A stretch of DNA of 64,000 bases from Promethearchaeota archaeon (lineage in GTDB: Archaea; Asgardarchaeota; Lokiarchaeia; Sigyniarchaeales; SOKP01): NCBI GenBank assembly GCA_048938005.1, contig JBHLMQ010000012.1, positions 29,161 to 93,160 of the forward strand, read 5' to 3'. Of this stretch, positions 57,038 to 64,000 are shown piece by piece. Both the position numbers and the translations under genes were made by a program. A model generated the notes under the pieces. It was not told where the DNA came from and searched no databases. It worked only from the letters and a program-made list of their open reading frames with translations. Each line of letters begins with the position of its first letter. Within the stretch, counting starts at the first letter, position 1.

Positions 57038-58906
57038 ATTTACGGTTATATGGGAAAGATTTTAAGAGTCAATTTGGCAAATGGAAAAATTAGCGAAGAA
57101 TTTCCTGACGAACAAACATTAAAATTATATTTAGGTGGAGCTGGTTTAGCAACTAAATATTTAATAGACGAAGTACCTAAGGGTATAGATCCACTAGGAC
57201 CAGAGAATAAGTTAATTTTCATGACTGGGCCATTAACAGGAACTCCCTCTCCTAGTACTGGAAGATATAGTGTAGTTGCAAAGTCTCCTCTCACTGGTAT
57301 ATGGGGTCAAGCGAACTCCGCAGGTTTTTGGGGAAGAGATCTTAAAAGATCCGGGTTTGATGGAATAATAGTTGAAGATATCTCACCAAAACCTGTTTAT
57401 CTTGTTACAGAAGATGGAAAGGCAGAACTTAGGGATGCAAGCCATCTCTGGGGTAAAAATACATCAGATACAACAAGATTGATTAGAGAAGAACTTGGTG
57501 ATAAGTTTAATGTAGCTTGCATTGGTATTGGTGGAGAAAATCTAGTCAAATTCGCTGCAGTAATGAACGATTGTGATAAACCTAATTGGGGGCGAGCAGC
57601 TGGAAGGTGTGGAATGGGAACTGTAATGGGTGCTAAGAAATTAAAAGCTGTAGCTTCTAAAGGAAACACTAAGATTGAAGTAGCGAACCCTGAAGAATAT
57701 AAGGCAGAGGCCAAACAAAGATACGATTGGGTAAACCAAAGCTTATTAAAAATGACACTTGAAGTATTTGGAACAGCTACCATGCTTGATTTAGTTCATG
57801 TTAAAGGTGGTTTACCAACTAGAAATTGGCAAACTGGAATCTTTGAAGGTGCTGATAATATAAATGGAACAGCAATTAACGACACTATCCTTACTGACAG
57901 AAAGCCTTGCTTTGCATGTCCAATTGCTTGTGGACGTCTTGTTGAAATCAAAGAGGGCAAGTATAAAAGTAAAGGAGAGGGACCTGAATATGAAACATTA
58001 GGCACTTTTGGCAGTATGTGCGGAGTTGATAATTTAGAAGCAATCACTTTCGCTCACTTCCTTTGCAATGAATATGGGCTTGATAGCATTTCTGCTGGAA
58101 ATACTGTTGGATTTTCTATAGAATGTTTTGAAAAGGGAATCTTAACCACTGAAGATACCGGTGGAATAGAGCTCAACTTTGGTGATGCTGACCTCATTGT
58201 CGATATTGTACCTAAAATAGGTAAAAGAGAAGGTATTGGTGATTTATTAGCTGAGGGAACAAGAAATATGGCAAATAAACTTGGTAGGGATTCCATAAAA
58301 TTCGCTATGCAAGTTAAAGGCTTGGAACTTCCAGCTTATGATAGTAGGGCTGCTAAAATAACAGGATTAGCATATGCTACGGCAAATCGAGGAGGTGATC
58401 ATATGGCTGCTTGGATCGAAGGACCAGCATTTTTATCAATGCCTTTTATGCTTATTAACGATGCTGATGTAGGTGATCCTCTTCAAGAAATTCCGGAAAA
58501 AACTTTTATCCTTAAAGATTTAGAGGATGGATTTGGAATATTTGACGCAATTGGTGGATGTAAATTTATGGGGATAGTTCTAAGTGCCGAAGATTGGGCA
58601 TCCTTAATTTCTAAATTATTAGGTTATGAATATACGGAGGCTGATTTCAGAAAGACAGGTGAGAGGCTCTTTAATCTCGCTAGGATTTACAATATTAGAG
58701 AAGGATTAACTAGGGCAGATGACACCCTTCCTGATCGTCTGTTAAACGAACCAATGCCCGAAGGGCCGGCTAAGGGACAGACAGTTAATTTAGATCCTCT
58801 TTTAGATGCCTATTATCAAATTCGAGGGTGGGATAAGAATGGTATTCCTACTAAGGAAAAACTTAAAGAACTTGGACTAGATTGGGCAATTAATATCATT
58901 TATTAA
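57038..58906 (+). CDS. aor: Tungsten-dependent aldehyde:ferredoxin oxidoreductase family; probable ATT start (YGYMGKILRVNL), alternative ATG 57050
   Basis: AKSPLTG, AAGRCGMGTVMGAKKLKA, CFACPIACG, GPEYET, QVKGLE, NRGGDH, YYQIRGWD. Confidence 0.95.
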   Translation: MYGYMGKILRVNLANGKISEEFPDEQTLKLYLGGAGLATKYLIDEVPKGIDPLGPENKLIFMTGPLTGTPSPSTGRYSVVAKSPLTGIWGQANSAGFWGRDLKRSGFDGIIVEDISPKPVYLVTEDGKAELRDASHLWGKNTSDTTRLIREELGDKFNVACIGIGGENLVKFAAVMNDCDKPNWGRAAGRCGMGTVMGAKKLKAVASKGNTKIEVANPEEYKAEAKQRYDWVNQSLLKMTLEVFGTATMLDLVHVKGGLPTRNWQTGIFEGADNINGTAINDTILTDRKPCFACPIACGRLVEIKEGKYKSKGEGPEYETLGTFGSMCGVDNLEAITFAHFLCNEYGLDSISAGNTVGFSIECFEKGILTTEDTGGIELNFGDADLIVDIVPKIGKREGIGDLLAEGTRNMANKLGRDSIKFAMQVKGLELPAYDSRAAKITGLAYATANRGGDHMAAWIEGPAFLSMPFMLINDADVGDPLQEIPEKTFILKDLEDGFGIFDAIGGCKFMGIVLSAEDWASLISKLLGYEYTEADFRKTGERLFNLARIYNIREGLTRADDTLPDRLLNEPMPEGPAKGQTVNLDPLLDAYYQIRGWDKNGIPTKEKLKELGLDWAINIIY

Positions 58907-58940
58907 AAAGATAAATTAGATACTAATTATAGTGAAAAAA

Positions 58941-60650
58941 ATGAGTGATAAGAAGGATTTAAGATATGAAGATAAACCGTGGCAGAGTCAATATAAAATA
59001 GGCCCATTTACTCTGAAAAAGACTATGGAGCCATTCCCTAAAATTAATATCTATCAATATTTAGAAGATTCAACTTCGCAATACCCTGATAATGTTGCTT
59101 GTGAATATGCTGATGAAGAAATGACATATAAAGAACTAAAGCTGAAAGTTGATAAATTTGCAAATGCATTAGTAAATTTAGGTGTTAAAAAAGGTGATTT
59201 AGTAGCAACAATACTCCCTTCTTGTCCAGAATTTATAATAGCAGATTATGCTGCTATGAAAATAGGAGCTGTTCATGTTCCACTAAGTATATTGCATAAA
59301 GCTCCTGATCTAATTCATGAACTAAAATTAAGTGGCGCAGAAACAGTGATATGTTCCTATCGACGTCTTGAAAGATTAAATGAAATTAAAGACCAAACAA
59401 AGGTAAAGACAATAATATACACCCCTACTAAATTATTCCCTGATTATAAATTGCCAGAGATGGTACATCCAACAGAAGAAAATTATTATCTTTTAAATAA
59501 CTTAATTGAAAAATATGAACCACTAAAAGACACTGTTGAGATTGACCCTATGGAAGATTTAGCACTTTTACCTTTTACTGGAGGTACAACAGGATTGCCA
59601 AAAGGCACAATGCTAACACATTATAATATTACCTGTTCTATTATCCAATCAGTCCATTGGATGTTGGATAGAATGAAAGTGGGAGTCATGGGAAAAGCAG
59701 CGGTATGTATTTGTGTACCTGTTTTTCATGCATATGGTCATTGGGGAGTATATCAATCAATATCATGGGGATTAAAAATATATTTAATGGATCCAAGAGA
59801 TATTAATAAGATTGCTGAAACTATAAAAAATAAGCGACCTTTCATGGTTTTAGCTGTTCCAACACATTATGGTTACTTAGCAAAGCTTGATCTACCAAAA
59901 ACGGCCATTTTTTATGCGTCAGGAGCAGCGGCTCTACCTCCTGAGCTCGCTGAAGAATTCGAAAAAGCCGTTAGTTTTTATGTTAGTGAAGGTTACGGTG
60001 CAACTGAAACTTCTACAATCATCAGTATGAATCTCTCAGCCATGTCGAAAGTAATGGGATTTATGGAGCAACCAAAGAGAGGTATTGGTGTTCCAGTACC
60101 CGACACAGATGTAAAAATTGTAGATCCTGATACTGGAGCAGAAGTACCTTTTGGAGAACGTGGAGAAATTTGGATAAGAGGTCCTCAAGTAATGAAAGGA
60201 TATTGGCCTACACCAGGGAAAGGATTAACTGAGGATGGATGGCTTAGAATGGGAGATATTGCTGAAATTGATGATGATTTTTATTTTCATATCGTAGATC
60301 GTATAAAAGACATGATAAATGTCTCTGGAAATAAAGTATATTCAAGAGTTATTGATGATCTTCTTTATGAACATCCTGCAGTCTATCAAGCGGGAGTTAT
60401 TGGGATTCCCGATACTGAAAGACCAGGTAGTGAGCGTGTAAAAGCATTTATACAATTGAAACCTGAATATAGAGGCAAAGTGACTGAAGAGGAAATCATT
60501 CAATATTGTAGAGACCGCTTAAAACCTTATGCTGTACCAAAATATGTTGAATTTAAAAAAGACTTACCTTTAACAATGGCTATGAAAATTTTTAAGAGGA
60601 AACTTAGGGACGAAGAAATTAGTAAGATGAAAGAAAGAGGAGAGATTTAA
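58941..60650 (+). CDS. fadD: Long-chain-fatty-acid--CoA ligase (ANL superfamily)
   Basis: FTGGTTGLPKG, EGYGATE, RGPQVMKGYW, GWLRMGD, DRIKDMI. Confidence 0.88.
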   Translation: MSDKKDLRYEDKPWQSQYKIGPFTLKKTMEPFPKINIYQYLEDSTSQYPDNVACEYADEEMTYKELKLKVDKFANALVNLGVKKGDLVATILPSCPEFIIADYAAMKIGAVHVPLSILHKAPDLIHELKLSGAETVICSYRRLERLNEIKDQTKVKTIIYTPTKLFPDYKLPEMVHPTEENYYLLNNLIEKYEPLKDTVEIDPMEDLALLPFTGGTTGLPKGTMLTHYNITCSIIQSVHWMLDRMKVGVMGKAAVCICVPVFHAYGHWGVYQSISWGLKIYLMDPRDINKIAETIKNKRPFMVLAVPTHYGYLAKLDLPKTAIFYASGAAALPPELAEEFEKAVSFYVSEGYGATETSTIISMNLSAMSKVMGFMEQPKRGIGVPVPDTDVKIVDPDTGAEVPFGERGEIWIRGPQVMKGYWPTPGKGLTEDGWLRMGDIAEIDDDFYFHIVDRIKDMINVSGNKVYSRVIDDLLYEHPAVYQAGVIGIPDTERPGSERVKAFIQLKPEYRGKVTEEEIIQYCRDRLKPYAVPKYVEFKKDLPLTMAMKIFKRKLRDEEISKMKERGEI

Positions 60651-60789
60651 AATCTAATACAAATAATTAATTTAATTTTTGTTTTTATTAAAAAAGAGAA
60701 TATTTATTGAAATATTAATTAAATATAATATACAAATAAAAACCTAACATATAGAGTAAAGTAAAATAAACTTAAATTTGAGGGATAGT

Positions 60790-61212
60790 ATGAAATTTGG
60801 TACTCAAGAATGGGCAGATGCCTATAAAGTAGCTGTTAATGAAAATGAAAATTATAGAGATGCTGCAGGACCAGAAGGTTTTCCACCTAATGGATGGGAA
60901 GGAGACTTCGTTTTTATTGTTGAACCTGCTGGCAATTTAGATCATGAACTAAGGATGTTTGTAGGTTTATATCATGGCGAGTGTACAGATGCCAGAGTTT
61001 TAAAAGAGGGTGAAGACGTGGAGGCTGAGTATGAATGGGCAGGCCCGTACGATGCTTGGTTACAAATCCTAAAGAAAGAGTTAGATCCAATCCGAGGATT
61101 ACTTGCTGGCAAGTTTAGACTCAAAGGTGATATGGCTAAAATTTTAAAAGCTACGAGAGCGGCATTGGAACTCGTTAATAGCACAACCATGATAGATACG
61201 GAATTCTATTAA
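60790..61212 (+). CDS. SCP2 sterol/lipid-carrier domain protein
   Basis: FGTQEWADAY, GPYDAWLQILKKELDPIRGLLAGKFRLKGDM. Confidence 0.85.
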   Translation: MKFGTQEWADAYKVAVNENENYRDAAGPEGFPPNGWEGDFVFIVEPAGNLDHELRMFVGLYHGECTDARVLKEGEDVEAEYEWAGPYDAWLQILKKELDPIRGLLAGKFRLKGDMAKILKATRAALELVNSTTMIDTEFY

Positions 61213-61294
61213 AATAAAGAATATTTATTTACTTTTTTTTCCTTTTTTATTGTATCTCAACTAGGTTTTAAAATCTGAGATTTTTTATCAGAAA

Positions 61295-62089
61295 ATGGAC
61301 TTATTCGAATTAACAACTAAGCAGGCCTACTTTTTTGATTTAGATGGTACTACTTATATAGGAAATAAATTGTTTCAAGGTGTAAATGATTTAATTGACT
61401 TATTAAAAGAAAAAGAAAGACATTTATTCTTCCTTTCAAATAATTCAAGCAAATCAACAACAGATTATCTCAAGAAATTAAATTTTTTTAATCTTAATGT
61501 TACAAGAGAAAATCTAATTTTATCACAACATCCGACAATCGATTATCTTAAGAAAAACCACTATAAAAAAATATTTTTATTGGGTACTCAATCTCTTAAA
61601 AATGAGTTTGAAAGTGAGGGTTTTGAATTAATTGAGGAAGATCCAGAAATACTAGTTCTTGCTTTTGATCAAGAATTAACTTTTGAACGTTTAAAAAAAG
61701 CTGCTTATCTTCTTCAAAAAGAAGATTTTCCATATATTGCCACTCATCTAGATAATAGATGTCCTACTGAACAAGGATATATTCCAGATGCAGGAGGTAT
61801 AGCAGCGCTTTTATATAAGGCTACTGAAAGAAAACCAACAGTATTTGGGAAACCTAACAAAGAAATGCTCCTTTTCAAGTTAAACCAACTAAATATAACA
61901 CCTAAAGATGCTGTAATATTTGGAGACCGCTTATATACTGACATAAAAATGGGAAAAGAAGCAGGTGTAACAACAACTTGCGTATTATCTGGAGAAACGA
62001 ATATGGAAATGATAAATAATAGTAGTTATAAGCCTGATTTTATACTAAATGGAATTTGGGAACTTTTAGCAGAATTTAAAAAACAATAA
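61295..62089 (+). CDS. HAD-IIA (NagD-like) phosphatase
   Basis: FDLDGT, LSNNSSK, PDAG, FGKP, GDRLYTDI, VLSGET. Confidence 0.92.
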   Translation: MDLFELTTKQAYFFDLDGTTYIGNKLFQGVNDLIDLLKEKERHLFFLSNNSSKSTTDYLKKLNFFNLNVTRENLILSQHPTIDYLKKNHYKKIFLLGTQSLKNEFESEGFELIEEDPEILVLAFDQELTFERLKKAAYLLQKEDFPYIATHLDNRCPTEQGYIPDAGGIAALLYKATERKPTVFGKPNKEMLLFKLNQLNITPKDAVIFGDRLYTDIKMGKEAGVTTTCVLSGETNMEMINNSSYKPDFILNGIWELLAEFKKQ

Positions 62090-62255
62090 TTGAATTTATC
62101 TTCAATTGATTTCTATTTTTCGAAAATTTTATTTCACTGAAGGAATTCCTAGAATTGAAAACGTTTTACAAATTATCTACGTAAAATATAAAAATTAAAA
62201 GTGTTGTTTTTATCTTATCTAAATTTGGTGATAATAGTGATTTTGGTGAAATAAC

Positions 62256-64000
62256 ATGACAACTACCGAAAATAATAAATTTGTCTATGACTTTAGTGAA
62301 GGAAATAAAGATTTAAAAAACCTACTTGGCGGAAAGGGTGCTAACCTTGCTGAAATGACAAAATTAGGCTTGAGTATTCCACCTGGTTTTACAATAACAA
62401 CTGAAGCGTGTTTACTCTATTTTAGAAATCCTGAAGAGGTTATGGATGAATTAAAACCTAAGGTGAAAGAATATTTAAAAACGTTGGAGAAAAACACAGG
62501 AAAGAAATTCGGAGATAACAAAAATCCTTTGCTTGTAAGTGTGCGTTCTGGTGCTCCAATGAGTATGCCAGGCATGATGGACACAGTTCTCAACTTAGGG
62601 TTAAATGACCAAAGTGTACAGGGCTTAGCAGAACAAACAGAAAATCAGCGTTTCGCTTATGATTCTTATCGAAGATTTATTCAAATGTTCGGAGATGTGG
62701 TAATGGGGATTGGAGCTGAAAAATTCGAGAGGATCTTGGATAAATATAAGAGAGCGATTGGAAGAAATGCTCAAGATACTGATTTAGGAGTAATAGATTT
62801 ACAAAAAGTTATTGCTGATTATAAAGTATTATATGAGAAAGAAATTGGTTCAGCTTTCCCTCAAAAGCCTTTAAATCAATTGTTTCTTGCTATTGAAGCA
62901 GTATTTAAATCTTGGAATAATAGGAGAGCTATTACATATAGAAAAATAAACAATATACCCGATTTTGGCACAGCCGTTAATATTCAAGCAATGGTATTTG
63001 GAAATAAGGGTTGGAATTCTGCTACTGGAGTTGCCTTTACTAGAGATCCATCAACAGGTGAAAATAAAAAATTTGGTGAATACTTAACAAATGCACAAGG
63101 AGAAGATGTTGTTGCTGGAATTCGTACACCTAAGAAATTAGAAGCAATGGGAAAAGAGTTTCCAGAAATTTATAAAGAATTATTAAACACAATGGAAAAA
63201 TTGGAAAAACACTACAGGGATATGCAGGATATTGAATTTACGATTGAAGATAGAAAACTAAATATTTTACAAACTCGAAGTGGGAAAAGAACACCTTCAG
63301 CCGCCGTAAAAATTGCTGTTGACATGGTTAAAGAAGGCTTAATTACCAAAGAAGAAGCAATAATGAGTATAGATTCGAAAAAGGTTTCTAAATTATTGTT
63401 TAAAAGTATCGATGAAAATTCAATTGTTCATGTTTTAGCTCATGGCATTAATGCCTCCCCTGGAGCTGTCTCTGGAATAGCAATTTTTGATTCTGACACA
63501 GCAGAGCAATTGGCAAATCAAGAGCAAAAAGAAATAATATTAGTACGCCCACAAACAAAACCAGAAGATGTGCATGGACTTTATGCGTCAATTGGAGTAT
63601 TAACCCAATTTGGTGGAAAAACTTCACATGCGGCAGTAGTTGCTAGAGGAATGGGAAAACCAGCTGTTGTTGGTGCACAAGATGTTGAAATTGATGAAGA
63701 AAATCGAGAATTTAGAGTTGCTGATATGATTGTTCGTGAGGGAGACTGGATTACAATTGATGGAACGGTAGGGCGAGTTATTGAAGGAAAAGTACCGTTA
63801 ATAGAACCAGAAATTAAAGGAGAATTTCTTGAACTCTTAGAAATATGTGATGAAATGAAGAAATTAGGTGTCCGTGCTAACGCAGATACACCTATAGATG
63901 CAAAAAAAGCTTTAGAATTTGGTGCTGAGGGAATTGGGCTTTGTAGGACAGAACATATGTTTATGGCGCAAGATCGTCTACCAACAGTTCAAAAAATGAT
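62256..64000 (+). CDS. ppdK: Pyruvate, phosphate dikinase, 3'-truncated by the window edge
   Basis: Translated from sequence (not in the ORF track): LLGGKGANLAEM, PPGFTITTEAC, VSVRSGAPMSMPGMMDTVLNLG, AQGEDVVAGIRTP, GGKTSHAAVVARG, GAEGIGLCRTEHMF. Confidence 0.96.
   Translation, partial: MTTTENNKFVYDFSEGNKDLKNLLGGKGANLAEMTKLGLSIPPGFTITTEACLLYFRNPEEVMDELKPKVKEYLKTLEKNTGKKFGDNKNPLLVSVRSGAPMSMPGMMDTVLNLGLNDQSVQGLAEQTENQRFAYDSYRRFIQMFGDVVMGIGAEKFERILDKYKRAIGRNAQDTDLGVIDLQKVIADYKVLYEKEIGSAFPQKPLNQLFLAIEAVFKSWNNRRAITYRKINNIPDFGTAVNIQAMVFGNKGWNSATGVAFTRDPSTGENKKFGEYLTNAQGEDVVAGIRTPKKLEAMGKEFPEIYKELLNTMEKLEKHYRDMQDIEFTIEDRKLNILQTRSGKRTPSAAVKIAVDMVKEGLITKEEAIMSIDSKKVSKLLFKSIDENSIVHVLAHGINASPGAVSGIAIFDSDTAEQLANQEQKEIILVRPQTKPEDVHGLYASIGVLTQFGGKTSHAAVVARGMGKPAVVGAQDVEIDEENREFRVADMIVREGDWITIDGTVGRVIEGKVPLIEPEIKGEFLELLEICDEMKKLGVRANADTPIDAKKALEFGAEGIGLCRTEHMFMAQDRLPTVQKM

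Noticed and set aside
1829-61944. Numerous short antisense or overlapping ORFs in the track (e.g. 6121..6453, 29679..30026, 30907..31242, 57397..57783)
   Set aside because: Shadows of well-supported genes on the opposite strand or frame; no recognisable motifs
1-64000. CRISPR arrays, rRNA/tRNA genes, transposases/integrases, DGR elements
   Set aside because: No repeat-spacer periodicity, GC-rich structural RNA, transposase or reverse transcriptase was seen; the 800-bp repeat lacks the adenine-specific mismatches of a DGR TR/VR pair

Overview
AT-rich archaeal DNA, most consistent with an Asgard archaeon of the Lokiarchaeia. The evidence is a Loki-CTERM-like sorting tail, archaeal IleRS/PheRS/PPAT, DUF1512, and a ubiquitin-system-like UEV-RING protein. 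About 1-47 kb is a large surface-glycan locus. It contains dTDP-sugar genes, two flippases, GT2/GT4/GT-C-like transferases, methyltransferases, and an NDP-heptose operon interleaved with non-oxidative pentose phosphate genes. It also contains a PAPS (sat/cysC) + sulfotransferase + alkaline-phosphatase-superfamily module and several decayed gene remnants, and it is interrupted by ileS and a 4xUEV/RWD-RING protein. The remainder holds a bacterial-type RNase PH, chorismate mutase-pheT-pheS, a surface protein with an 800-bp apparently exact internal repeat, coaD, DUF1512, an aor-fadD-SCP2 module, a HAD-IIA hydrolase and a partial ppdK. The most notable observations are: (1) a FANCL/BRCC45-like tandem-UEV + C4HC3 RING protein; (2) four intact genes, including coaD, that appear to begin at ATT/ATA behind Shine-Dalgarno-like motifs; (3) a candidate sulfated, heptose-containing glycan system. 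All calls come from motif reading by eye; no database searches were run.
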